From: an uncultured Acidobacteriota bacterium | GTDB lineage: Bacteria > Acidobacteriota > UBA6911 | Reading direction: 5' to 3' | Assembly: GCA_964353465.1 (NCBI GenBank) | Contig: CAYGWQ010000004.1 | Location: forward strand, 1 to 54,671 | DNA: 54,671 bases | Shown: positions 1 to 9,576 of the stretch, one piece after another | Layout of the letters: each line of letters starts with the position of its first letter | How positions within the stretch are numbered: position 1 is the stretch's first letter | Notes under the pieces: model-generated | What the model saw: only the letters and a program-made list of their open reading frames with translations | What the model was told of the DNA's origin: nothing | Database searches by the model: none | Position numbers and translations under genes: made by a program

Positions 1-1054
1 CTCCAGCGGGCCATTCATACCGGCAGTAGAAAATGTGGGTTCCGGCATGGCAGAAGATGAAGGGGCATGCCTGCAGCCGTGCAGCCAGGTCTTCAAGTCG
101 CCGTCCCGTGTCGACCGCCGATTGATGCAGGACCGAGCACTTCAAAAGCAATTCCTCGCCATTGCCCGGCCGGGCGCGCAACGAGGCCAACCGACACCAG
201 AACTCTTCCGATTCCGGCGTGCCGAGAACATTCAACAGGGCTCCTTCGCCGGCAGCGGCCATCTCACGCACCCGGTCGACCTGCCAACGGACCGCCGCAT
301 CCGCTTCCCCGAACCGCAGAAGGAGAATCCATGGGGCCGCGTGCGCTTCGCCGGTGAGCTCTTCGAAGGCGCGATGATTGAGGATTTCCATGGCATCCGG
401 GGTCAGGTCAGTTCGAAGCACGGCCTGCGAGGCCTCGAATGCGGCGCGCAAGGATGCGCAGGCCAAGGCCATGGTGGCGATTGCCTCGGACCTCGGCTGA
501 ACCTTAAAGGTGAGTTCGCTGAAAATGCCGAGTGTCCCAAGGGATCCGGCATAGAGCTTGCACATGTCGTAGCCGGTGACGTTCTTTACGAGCTTCCCGC
601 CGGCTTTGGTGCGCGTGCCATCCGCATGCGCAATCCGTATGCCGAGGAGCATATCGCGCACGGTTCCATAGCGGAAACGGATCGGGCCGCTGGCGTTTCC
701 GGCGACCAGTCCCCCCATGGTCGCCCGGTCCATGTGGGGCGGATCGAGCGGGAGGAACTGGTTTTCGGCACGGAGCACCTGCTGGAGATCTCCCAGGGTT
801 GTGCCTGCCCGCACGGAAATAGTAAGGTTGCCAGGTTCGTATTCTGCGACTCCACGCAGTTGGCCGGTGTATACGGCTACCTGCGCCGACCGCGGAGGAT
901 TGCCCAGATGGATCTGAGTTCCTCCTCCCACGGCCACCATGGACCTGCCGGCATCGTAAGCCTCCCTCATGACCCGGGCGAGCTCCGCCTCGGATTCAGG
1001 GGCTGCTCCGCTTTCCACAGGAACGCCGTCGATCTCCAGGAGGATTCCGGTCAA
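1..1054 (-). CDS. glcE: Glycolate oxidase FAD-binding subunit GlcE-like; runs off the window edge (missing from the ORF track)
   Basis: Manual translation from TTG at 1054, which overlaps the glcD stop (TTGA): MTGILLEIDG...VGGGTQIHLG...EYEPGNLTISVRAGT...LPLDPP...GGLVAGNASGP.RFRYGTVRD..LG...GGKLVKNVTGYDMCKL..GSLGTLG. These are typical GlcE motifs. Confidence 0.88.
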   Translation of the reverse strand, partial: MTGILLEIDGVPVESGAAPESEAELARVMREAYDAGRSMVAVGGGTQIHLGNPPRSAQVAVYTGQLRGVAEYEPGNLTISVRAGTTLGDLQQVLRAENQFLPLDPPHMDRATMGGLVAGNASGPIRFRYGTVRDMLLGIRIAHADGTRTKAGGKLVKNVTGYDMCKLYAGSLGTLGIFSELTFKVQPRSEAIATMALACASLRAAFEASQAVLRTDLTPDAMEILNHRAFEELTGEAHAAPWILLLRFGEADAAVRWQVDRVREMAAAGEGALLNVLGTPESEEFWCRLASLRARPGNGEELLLKCSVLHQSAVDTGRRLEDLAARLQACPFIFCHAGTHIFYCRYEWPAG

Positions 1055-2472
1055 GGTAAGCCTCCGTGAAAGGAGCAGAACCGGGAGGGAAGGATTTTCC
1101 CCGGGTTGTAGAGTTCATCAGGGTTGAATGCTGTGCGCACGCGCCGCATGGCCTCCAGATCGGCGGCGGAAAAGAGCATGTCCATGTACTCGTTTTTCTC
1201 GCTGCCGATGCCGTGCTCGCCACTCAGTGTCCCCCCGGCAGACACGCAGATCTGGAGCATTTCGCGAACCAGGGCAAGAATCCGGTCTTCCTCTCCGGCC
1301 TTGGTGCGGTCGAACAGCAGAATAGGATGAAGGTTGCCATCGCCGGCATGGAACATGCCGGCCAGGGGGACGCCGGCCTGATCGGCGATTTCATAGATGC
1401 GGGTGACAACCTCGCCCAGGCGGTTGCGAGGAACGACGGCGTCGTGAAGGTATAGATCGCGCGTCATGCGACCGGCCGTGCCGAACGCTTCCTTGCGTCC
1501 CCGCCAGAGAGCTTGGCGTTCCTCCTCGTTCCGAGCAACGCGCAGCTCCCGGCAGCGGCGGTTGAGACAGATCTCCGCCACCCCATCCGCCTGCGTCTGG
1601 AGCGCGGCGGCGAGCCCGTCAAGCTCCATGATGAGGACGGCGCCGGCGTCGGTCGGCAATCCCACTTTCCTCGCAGCCTCTACCGCACAGATCATCCGGC
1701 TGTCCATCATTTCGAGAGCGGCAGGGATGATGCCGCGGGCGATAATGCTCGAGACCGCATCGCAGGCATCCTTCAAAGAATCAAAGGCGGCCAGCATCGT
1801 CCTCACCGCTTGCGGCAGGCGGCTCAGCTTGAGAACGGCGAGTGTAGCCATTCCCAATGTCCCTTCGGAACCCGTAAATACTCCGACCAGGTCATAGCCG
1901 GGGCAGTCCGCCGCGCGGCTGCCTAGTTCGACGCTCTCCCCGGTCGGGAGCACTACTTCCACGCTGGCCACATGGTTGGTGGTCATCCCATATTTGAAAC
2001 AGTGGGGGCCGCCGGCGTTTTCCGCCAGGTTGCCGCCAATACTGCTTACCATCGCGCTGGAGGGGTCCGGCGCGAAGTAGTACCCCGAAGGAGCGGAAGC
2101 CTTGGAGAGATCGAGATTGATGACGCCGGGCTGCACGACCGCCTGCCGGTTCTCAAAATCGAGCTCACGGATGCTCTTCATCCTTGTGAACGACAGGAGG
2201 ATTCCTCCGAACCTCGCCTGAGCGCCGCCGCTCAGCCCGGTGCCCGCACCGCGCGGGATGAAGGGTATCCGATGCTTGCAGGCAATCTCGATGATGCGCA
2301 CCACCTCCTCGCGTGTGGCGGGCAGAATCACAACATCCGGCAGGTGACGGTGGAGGGCAAATCCATCGCATTCATAGGTAAGCAGATCCTCGGGATCGGC
2401 CAGGACATGCTCGGCTCCTACAATTCCGCGGAGTTCCTCGATGATTTCCGGCCTCAGTGACTGCCCGTGCAT
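1051..2472 (-). CDS. glcD: Glycolate oxidase subunit GlcD (FAD-linked oxidase)
   Basis: PRGAGTGLSGG, FAPDPSS, IGGNLAENAGGPHCFKYG, GSEGTLG, FHAGDGNLHP, SGEHGIG, NPGKI motifs; followed by glcE. Confidence 0.92.
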   Translation of the reverse strand: MHGQSLRPEIIEELRGIVGAEHVLADPEDLLTYECDGFALHRHLPDVVILPATREEVVRIIEIACKHRIPFIPRGAGTGLSGGAQARFGGILLSFTRMKSIRELDFENRQAVVQPGVINLDLSKASAPSGYYFAPDPSSAMVSSIGGNLAENAGGPHCFKYGMTTNHVASVEVVLPTGESVELGSRAADCPGYDLVGVFTGSEGTLGMATLAVLKLSRLPQAVRTMLAAFDSLKDACDAVSSIIARGIIPAALEMMDSRMICAVEAARKVGLPTDAGAVLIMELDGLAAALQTQADGVAEICLNRRCRELRVARNEEERQALWRGRKEAFGTAGRMTRDLYLHDAVVPRNRLGEVVTRIYEIADQAGVPLAGMFHAGDGNLHPILLFDRTKAGEEDRILALVREMLQICVSAGGTLSGEHGIGSEKNEYMDMLFSAADLEAMRRVRTAFNPDELYNPGKILPSRFCSFHGGLP

Positions 2473-2697
2473 TTTAAGGATGACACCCGACGATGTTTTT
2501 GTAACGGCGCGATTATATCACTACTACTAACCGATGCGTTGTCCGGATTTTTTGCTGCGCGGCGCTGATGAACCGCTTTTCTGCCGGGCGGTAGCCCGGC
2601 GCTGCAAGTGGATCAGATTGCCGCGCTCAAAGTCTGTCTGGTAATGGAAGGTCTGATGTATAATCGCTCCCGAATTGGAACCCGAGGGGAGGTGAAG

Positions 2698-3573
2698 ATG
2701 ACTCCGGCCAAGCGCAAGAAGAGGGAAGAAATCAAAGTGACGATCGGACCCTTTCGGAGCCTTGCCGACTACGAGGCTTGCATGGATATCCAGCGTGAAG
2801 TCTGGCGCTGCGAGGATATCGATGTAGTGCCTATGACCCTGCTGCTGTCTGCCGAGAAGGAAGGCGGGATTTCGCTCGGCGCCTATAACAGCCTGGGCGA
2901 GATGATCGGTTTTTGCTGGAGCATCTTGGGGCGTGAGCACGGCGAGGTACTGCAGCATTCCCACATGCTGGGAGTCCGCGCGGCCTATCGCAATTTTGAC
3001 ATCGGCTATCGGCTGAAACTGGCCCAGCGCAAGGAAACCTTGCGGCGCAAGCAGACAACGATCACTTGGACTTTTGATCCGATGCTGCCGTTGAATGCTT
3101 ATTTCAACATGGGGAAGCTCGGTGCCTGGTCTTCGTTGTATTGCGAGAACTTTTATGGGGAGAGCACCAGCTCTCTGAGCCGCGGCCTGCCGACCGACCG
3201 CTTCCTGGCCCGCTGGGACCTGAAAACCCCGCACGTGGAAGAACGGGTGACATCGGGGCCGCCACGCCATGATCTGCGCAAGGAGCTCAAGAAGTACCCT
3301 GCTGTAAATCATCTGGCGGAATTGGCGCCGGGCATGACTACCTGTTCCCCGCTCAAGCTGAACCTAACCGACGCTCACCTGTTGTTCGAGGTGCCGTACA
3401 ACCTGCCGGACATCAAGACGCGCAATCTGGGAGTGGCCTTGGAATGGCAGGGAAAGATGAGACAGGTGTTCCGGCATTATTTTAAGAAAAGGTATGCGGC
3501 GACCGACTTTTGGGTAGCCGAAGAGGACGGCCATCTCCGGGCTTTCTACTACCTGGAGCGCAGGGGAAAGTAG
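2698..3573 (+). CDS. GNAT-family acyltransferase (COG3375-like, related to D-amino-acid N-succinyltransferases)
   Basis: HSHMLGV...GYRLKLAQR...ITWTFDP...NAYFNMGKLG...GLPTDR motifs; strong SD GGAGGTG before ATG 2698. Confidence 0.8.
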   Translation: MTPAKRKKREEIKVTIGPFRSLADYEACMDIQREVWRCEDIDVVPMTLLLSAEKEGGISLGAYNSLGEMIGFCWSILGREHGEVLQHSHMLGVRAAYRNFDIGYRLKLAQRKETLRRKQTTITWTFDPMLPLNAYFNMGKLGAWSSLYCENFYGESTSSLSRGLPTDRFLARWDLKTPHVEERVTSGPPRHDLRKELKKYPAVNHLAELAPGMTTCSPLKLNLTDAHLLFEVPYNLPDIKTRNLGVALEWQGKMRQVFRHYFKKRYAATDFWVAEEDGHLRAFYYLERRGK

Positions 3574-3743
3574 CAGGGCGTGCGCGCGCAAAAAGCTCGC
3601 TTGCTGTGAGCCTTCTACGTGGGACTCGGGGTGAATAATAATTGTCTCCGGTGTCTGCCCGCCTGTTTTTCCCGCCGAATCCCGGACTCTGCGCTGCGTT
3701 GAATGTCGGACTTAGGATGGCGGATGTCAAATCCCGTATCAGC

Positions 3744-3772
3744 TTGACTCTCCGTGCCGTACTCCCTATAAT
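3744..3772 (+). promoter_or_regulatory. Sigma70 promoter of the tRNA gene
   Basis: TTGACT (3744-3749), 17-nt spacer, TATAAT (3767-3772), 11 nt upstream of the tRNA. Confidence 0.85.
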
Positions 3773-3783
3773 TCAATCCGTTC

Positions 3784-3860
<77 letters not shown>

Positions 3861-3900
3861 AGGAATCATACCTAGTGCACCAATCATAAATCCTGCAAAA

Positions 3901-3931
3901 TCAAGGGGCTGAAAGGCCCCTTGACTTTTTT
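3901..3931 (+). terminator. Intrinsic terminator after the tRNA
   Basis: TCAAGGGGC-tgaaag-GCCCCTTGA followed by CTTTTTT. Confidence 0.85.
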
Positions 3932-4382
3932 GTCGGCTGCAGTTTGGATTCGTCGATCTCGCATTTTCGGCCTCCCATCAACACCTGTCAACAACTCGGT
4001 CGCGTTCGAAAAATGAGGCTTTCGCACCAGCATGAGTCTGCGTCGAGGCAGCCTCTGGACTGATTGCACGGCACGCTTGCAGTAGCTGTTTTGACTGTCC
4101 ATCTGCCCAGGAGGCACGCGCCAGTTGGAATGACGCGATATTCCATATCACTGCCAAGGGCAGATGTGGTGGTTTCCGCAGGGATCATGTGATTTTCCGA
4201 TATGCCTGTGTCGGTTTGGCTTTGCTGCTTCCTACAAGCGCGTTTCTGGGGAACGTTCCAATTTTCGAACACTAGATATCCAGACGAGTGCTGAGGTTTC
4301 AGCTATCCGCGGCCGCATCAGCCGATTATAATGGCCACACGTTCAGGTGCTTCAGATTGAGGTGTTCATGGAGGGATTCTCC

Positions 4383-6749
4383 ATGATCGGCAAGACGCTG
4401 GGCTACTATCGCATACTTGAAAAGATCGGCCAGGGCGGTATGGGAGCGGTATTTCTGGCCGAGGACACGTCGCTCCACCGCAAAGTCGCCCTGAAGTTCC
4501 TTGCCCCCGAGATGCAGCAGGACCCCACCGCCCACAAGCGTTTCATCCGGGAAGCCCGGTCCGCGGCGGCGCTCGACCACCCCTACATCTGCCACATCAA
4601 CGAAGTCGGCGAATCCGACGGCCAGAACTTCATCGTCATGGAGTACGTCGACGGCCGTTCGCTCAAAGACAAACTGGAGAAAGGGCCACTACCGCTCGAG
4701 GATGCGTTGCCGATCGCAATCGAGGTCGCCGAGGCGCTCGAGGCGGCGCACGCGAAGGGGATCGTCCACCGCGACATCAAGCCCGCCAACATCATGCTGA
4801 CCCAGACCGGCCATGCCAAGGTGATGGACTTCGGCCTGGCGAAGCAGCTGGTTCCGCCCGGCAGAACGGATAGCGCGGCAGAGACCATCACGGCGCTCAC
4901 CTCGGACGGGAGCACGGTGGGGACGCTGGCCTACATGTCGCCGGAGCAACTGCGCAGCCAGGCCGCCGACGCCCGCAGCGATATCTGGGCCCTGGGTGTG
5001 ACGCTGTACGAGATGGCGGCAGGCACGCGGCCGTTCCATGGCCAGAGCCGGTTCGAGTTGACGTCGGCGATCATGAGCCAGACGCCGCGGCCGCTGCCAT
5101 CCAAGGTGCCGGCGGAGTTGGGGGCGGTGATCGAGCGCTGCCTCGAGAAGGAGCCCGGGAAGCGCTACCAGCAGGCGGGCGATGTGCGAGCGGCGCTGGA
5201 AGCGATCCGGGCGGGCACGGCGGCTCCCTGGGCGGCGTGGCGCTACCGGCTGGCGCGTCGCCGATGGCTGGCGCTGGCGGCTGCTGTGGTGATTATTGCA
5301 GCCGTCTTGGTGGGTCTGAACGTGGGCGGCCTGCGAGGGCGGCTGACCGGTGGGGCCGGAGGCCAGATGCGCGCCGTCAAGCTAGCGGTGCTGCCGTTTG
5401 TGAACCTGACCGGCGACACGGAGCAGGAGTATTTCAGTGATGGTCTGACGGAGGAGATGATCGCGCAACTCGGTAGCCTGCATCCGCAGAGCCTGAGCGT
5501 AATCGCGCGTACGTCGGTGATGCGCTACAAGAAGAGCGACACTCCCATCGAGCAGATAGGGCGTGAGCTGCGGGTGGACTATGTCCTCGAGGGGAGTGCG
5601 CGCCGGGAGGCCGGCCGAATTCGCATTTCCGTCACGCTCATCCAGGTGGGGAATCAGACGCGGCTCTGGGCCGATACGTATGAGCGCGAGATGGCGGGCA
5701 TTCTGGCGCTGCAGAGCGATGTGGCCGGGCATGTTGCCGGGGCTTTGGCGCTGAAGCTGCTCCCGGCCGAGCAGGCGCGGCTGGCGAATGCGCGCATGGT
5801 CAACCCCGAAGCTTACGATGCCTATCTCAAGGGTACCTACCATCGGTTCACACTGACCAAAGAAGGCCTGGAGACCGCCGAACGGTATTTCAACCTTGCC
5901 CTGCAGAAGGACCCGAACTATGCGGCGGCCTGGGCGGGAATCGCCAGAATCTGGACAGGCCGCCAGCAGATGGGAATCAGGCCGTCGAGTGAAGCTGGAC
6001 CCAATGCAAAGGCGGCTGCGCTTAAGGCAATTAAGTTGGATGATACAGACGTGGACGCGCATCGCGCTGTCGCCGGCATCTTGACCTGGACAGACTGGAA
6101 CTGGGCGGCCGCAGAGTTGGAGTGGAATCGAACCGTCGCGCTCAACCGGAATAATTCGGACGCGCTGTCAGGCTATTCGCACTTCCTGATGCACATGGGC
6201 CGTCGGGATGAGGCCCTGGCGCAGAGCGAGCGGGCCCTGGAGCTTGATCCGTACAACATCAAGGTCCAGAGCTTCCACGCCCTCGTCCTCCTGTACGCGC
6301 GCCGGTATGACGAAGTCATCGCCACGACCCGTACGGCGCTGCGTCTTCAGCCCGACGCGCCAGTTGCCATAAGTGCGTTGGAAAGAGCGCTTTTCTTGAA
6401 AGGGATGTACGACGAGGCTCTCGCTTTGGACAGAGAGAGGTTCGCCGGTAACAGCGAGCTCAAGGAGGCCCTGGAACGAGGCTATGCGGAAGCGGGCTAT
6501 GCCGGCTCACAAAAGCGATTTGCTGACATGGCCGCTTCACTCATTGGGAAGCCAGGCAGCATAAGTGCCTGGTACATTTCTAACAAATATCTCCTTGCTG
6601 GGGATTGGAACCATGCCCTCGAGTGGCTCGAAAGGGCTTACGAAGAGCGCGATCCCAACATGCCTTACATAGTGCTGCCGATCTTCGACCCCTTGCGCTC
6701 CGACCGGCGCTTCCAGGATCTGCTGCGCCGCATGAACCTCCCGCGGTAA
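4383..6749 (+). CDS. Hanks-type Ser/Thr kinase with TM helix, TolB-like domain and TPR repeats
   Basis: IGQGGMG, VALK, HRDIKPAN, DFGLAK, GTLAYMSPE, SDIWALG; TM segment; LAVLPFVN...EYFSDGLTEE; TPR-like helices. SD GGAGG before ATG 4383. Confidence 0.92.
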   Translation: MIGKTLGYYRILEKIGQGGMGAVFLAEDTSLHRKVALKFLAPEMQQDPTAHKRFIREARSAAALDHPYICHINEVGESDGQNFIVMEYVDGRSLKDKLEKGPLPLEDALPIAIEVAEALEAAHAKGIVHRDIKPANIMLTQTGHAKVMDFGLAKQLVPPGRTDSAAETITALTSDGSTVGTLAYMSPEQLRSQAADARSDIWALGVTLYEMAAGTRPFHGQSRFELTSAIMSQTPRPLPSKVPAELGAVIERCLEKEPGKRYQQAGDVRAALEAIRAGTAAPWAAWRYRLARRRWLALAAAVVIIAAVLVGLNVGGLRGRLTGGAGGQMRAVKLAVLPFVNLTGDTEQEYFSDGLTEEMIAQLGSLHPQSLSVIARTSVMRYKKSDTPIEQIGRELRVDYVLEGSARREAGRIRISVTLIQVGNQTRLWADTYEREMAGILALQSDVAGHVAGALALKLLPAEQARLANARMVNPEAYDAYLKGTYHRFTLTKEGLETAERYFNLALQKDPNYAAAWAGIARIWTGRQQMGIRPSSEAGPNAKAAALKAIKLDDTDVDAHRAVAGILTWTDWNWAAAELEWNRTVALNRNNSDALSGYSHFLMHMGRRDEALAQSERALELDPYNIKVQSFHALVLLYARRYDEVIATTRTALRLQPDAPVAISALERALFLKGMYDEALALDRERFAGNSELKEALERGYAEAGYAGSQKRFADMAASLIGKPGSISAWYISNKYLLAGDWNHALEWLERAYEERDPNMPYIVLPIFDPLRSDRRFQDLLRRMNLPR

Positions 6750-7010
6750 GTCAGTAAGTCTGGCATCACATCCGTCGGTCAGCGCGATGCGTTTTCCTCG
6801 GATCCCTTCATCTCGGTCGGCTCCATCAGTGAAACTGCCGTTTTTGAAGTTCCCAGGCGGTTCCCACCGCAAGAAGATAACGGCCGTATTGGCGAATAAG
6901 ACGGAAAGTGGGTGTGTCACGATCCCGAAGTCCCGTTATGGGAGATCGAAACCCTCCGCGAGGAATGCAGCACTTTAAGGTGTAAGGGGCCGCAAGAGGC
7001 GTTAAAATGG

Positions 7011-7036
7011 AAAAGGGGAGCAGTGTAGCTCCCCTT
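7011..7036 (-). terminator. Hairpin downstream of the integrase remnant
   Basis: AAGGGGAGC-agtgta-GCTCCCCTT, with a short T-run on the minus strand. Confidence 0.5.
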
Positions 7037-7057
7037 AAATGCCAAGCCAGGTCACGA

Positions 7058-7394
7058 TCAAACCGCAGCCGCGTCGCCGAAAACCAATCGATCAGTTCTG
7101 GCCGCAGCCGCTGGGTTCGCATCCTTCAGCAGGTGTCCGTAAACGTCCAGCGTGATCTTGATGTCGGAGTGTTCCATCTGAACCTGGACACATTTGATGT
7201 TCTCGCCCTGCTCGATTTTTAGGGACCCGAAGGTATAACGGAGGTCATGCCAGCGGACCTTGCCGATTGTCGGTAGCTTGGCCTCGGCTCGTTTTGCATC
7301 GGCTGCCTTCAGCGCTTCAGTAAAATCCCGCTTCACCAGGTTATCAGCATCCAACGGACTGCCTCCGTGAATGAATACCAGTCCCTTCTTGCCC
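7058..7394 (-). pseudogene. C-terminal fragment of a phage-type tyrosine integrase
   Basis: GLVF...PLDADN...RWHDLRYTFGS...QMEHSDIKITLDVYGHL carries the HxLR, H and catalytic Y motifs. The 5' part is replaced by an IS3 end at 7395. Confidence 0.85.
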
Positions 7395-7535
7395 TGGACT
7401 GCACCCTTAAAGTGAGACAGACATCAGAGGGACAGTTCTCACAAAGGAGAACCGATGTCCCAAAGAAAGAAAGCCCGGGTTTTCAGTCGCGAGTTCAAGT
7501 TGCGAGCAGTGAAAAGGATGCTGGCGGGGGGAGTC
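7395..7535 (+). mobile_element. IS3-family left-end remnant (IRL plus start of orfA)
   Basis: Begins TGGACTGCACCCTTAAAGTGAGACA, a TG-starting IS3-type terminal repeat. SD AAGGAG then ATG 7455 gives MSQRKKARVFSREFKLRAVKRMLAG (IS3 OrfA HTH start), stopping at 7545-7547. Confidence 0.78.
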
Positions 7536-7543
7536 AACCGGCC

Positions 7544-7572
7544 TTGACAATCCCCCAGGCGGGGCCTAGCAT
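7544..7572 (+). promoter_or_regulatory. Sigma70 promoter, probably producing a leaderless mRNA
   Basis: TTGACA (7544-7549), 17 nt, TAGCAT (7567-7572); ATG 7579 lies only 6 nt downstream. Confidence 0.65.
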
Positions 7573-7578
7573 TGAGGC

Positions 7579-7899
7579 ATGGGAAAACAAGAAGAACGGA
7601 ATTCCGTCACCCGGCGCGACGTCCTCAAGCTCGCCGGGACGGCCGCGGCCTTCTGCACCTCCTTCGGCTTTCTCCATGGCAGCCAGACCGGCGGGGTCAT
7701 CCAGGACAAGCACCTCCAGGCAAGGTGGCAGCAGGCGGAGATCAAGTGGTACACGGGCAGCGAGCTCCTGCACTCCGCGGCGATCCCGGTGAAGGTCATG
7801 AAGCACCTCCAGTCCGACGTGAACGCGACCGTCGAGATCAAGCTGTTCCGGGCCGGCCAGCTGCTGAGGAGCCTGGGAACGATCCAAGCCAAGCACTGA
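7579..7899 (+). CDS. Small twin-arginine-signal protein with internal ~31-aa repeats
   Basis: TRRDVLK followed by hydrophobic LAGTAAAF; high-GC3 codon usage; KH repeated at residues 44, 75 and 105. Confidence 0.8.
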   Translation: MGKQEERNSVTRRDVLKLAGTAAAFCTSFGFLHGSQTGGVIQDKHLQARWQQAEIKWYTGSELLHSAAIPVKVMKHLQSDVNATVEIKLFRAGQLLRSLGTIQAKH

Positions 7900-7903
7900 A
7901 GCC

Positions 7904-8656
7904 GTGCCTTTGGAATTCCGCCTCAACCGCCGGCGCACCTTCTCTTTTGTTTGCCGCGCGTGCGGCCGCTGCTGCACGGGCAAGATCATCATGGCCGGTC
8001 CTCACGAGGTCCTGGGGATGTCGCGCCTCTTGGGGATAAGCACGACCGAGTTCCTCGCGCTTTATACCGACAACGGCGGCACGACGCTCCGCTCGGAGGT
8101 GGACGGCCGCTGCGTTTTTGTGACGGCGTCCGGGTGCAGGGTCCATCCCCGGCGGCCCTTGGTCTGCCGTCTCTATCCCCTGGGGCGGATGACCGACGAA
8201 ACGGGCGTGGAGCAGTTTGCCCTGTACCCCCTGCAGTCCGACTGTGAGGCCGAAGTCGGCCGCGAGGGGACGATCGAGACCTTCCTCGAATCGCAGGGCG
8301 TTGGGCCGTATTTGGAGTGGTCGCGCCGCTACGGCGAGCTCTACCGGCGCATGGTGGGGCTCCTCGACCGGCTCGCCGTCTCGGGCAAGGTCGACGCCGC
8401 CGCGGCCGGCGGGCCCGGGCCGGCCGACTCGAGATCCGCGGGTCCAGAACAAGAGCCGGACCGTGCGCCCTTGTCTTTGTGGCAGGACATCGACGCGTCG
8501 CTCGCCGAATACTGCGCCGCCCAAGGCCGGGCGGTGCCTGGGGAGATCGACGATGCGATCGCCCTCCACCTCCGGGCCATCGAGGAATGGCTGGATGATC
8601 TTGAGTCACGGATCGGCGAAGTCCGGAACGATCCTGAAGGAATACAAGAAAAATGA
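7904..8656 (+). CDS. YkgJ-family (CxxCxxCC, FliB-like) cysteine-cluster protein
   Basis: CRACGRCC ... CVFV...C.VH..RPLVCRLYP; starts 4 nt after the upstream stop. Confidence 0.88.
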   Translation: MPLEFRLNRRRTFSFVCRACGRCCTGKIIMAGPHEVLGMSRLLGISTTEFLALYTDNGGTTLRSEVDGRCVFVTASGCRVHPRRPLVCRLYPLGRMTDETGVEQFALYPLQSDCEAEVGREGTIETFLESQGVGPYLEWSRRYGELYRRMVGLLDRLAVSGKVDAAAAGGPGPADSRSAGPEQEPDRAPLSLWQDIDASLAEYCAAQGRAVPGEIDDAIALHLRAIEEWLDDLESRIGEVRNDPEGIQEK

Positions 8657-8782
8657 ACTTTCGTAAACCCGCAGTTTTGTGACGGACAGGCCTCAAGGCG
8701 TGCAAAGAAGCTCCGCATTCAAAGAGGCCACGGCGAGCCCGCCGCTCACAGTGGCCCCGAGGCTTTGCAAAACTCCGGCGCG

Positions 8783-9079
8783 CTAAGCGGCGGGCCGAAT
8801 GTTTTGGTTAACGCGGAAGAAGTTTGTAGGGTCGTACTTCGTCTTAATCGCGGATAGGCGGTCGTAATTGTCGCGGAAGGCTGCCTTCACGCGTTCCTGG
8901 CCTTCTTCCATCATAAAGTTCACGTAGGCGCCGCCTGCCGAGTAAGGATGGAGGGCATCGAAGTAATCCTTGCACCACTTCGTGATCACGCCCTTGTTCG
9001 CCGGGTCAGGATCGATGCCCACGATCACCAGCGCCCAGTTGGCGTCGCGGTAGCTGAACGCTGTGTCGCTCTTTCCTAT
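8783..9079 (-). pseudogene. C-terminal fragment (BBE domain) of an FAD-linked oxidase
   Basis: TAFSYRDA...GGAYVNFM...NYDRL..IK.KYDP.NFFRVNQNI. The upstream part of the called ORF has no recognisable homology and lacks the FAD-binding domain. Confidence 0.8.
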
Positions 9080-9576
9080 TATGATCGCCCTTCCCCGTCC
9101 GGCGAGCACGTGTTCTCCTGCCGCGACGATGCAAGGCCTGCTAGATTTATCTTCTCTCTTCACGGAAACCACAGTCCAATGAGATCGAGCTGGAAATAGC
9201 GGGGCCGAGCAGTCGTGTATAAACACGCTTGTCGAGAGGTTGGCCTGGACACGGATGGGTGATTCAAGAAGGGGAGGGGAGTCATAAGCTCCCCTCTCGG
9301 ATGACTCGTGGCAACCTAGTCTGTCTTTAGCCTGGGGCTCAACAAAGATCATTGCATCCGTCCTTGCTGCCCATGGTGCGCGAAAACCCGATACGGCTTC
9401 CGCAGCCTGTGGATCCGTGCACTTCGAGTTAAATCCTTTCTCTTGTTCCGGTATCGCATGGGCTCCTGTAATATCAAATGGGAAGGATGATCGGCTGATA
9501 TTTCCGATGATGCACGCTTGCCGGATACGATTCACGAAAGCGGTCGCATGCGACGCGCCCCCGATGCCAGAGCGGC

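Noticed and set aside
35-1069. 344-aa plus-strand ORF, and similar long antisense ORFs such as 33466-34680 and 37224-38291
   Set aside because: These are shadows of real genes on the opposite strand, as expected in GC-rich DNA.
6971-7414. 10-bp inverted repeat around the integrase fragment as an invertible switch
   Set aside because: The right arm is part of the IS3 terminal repeat, and no integrase 5' half lies to the left to be rejoined by inversion.
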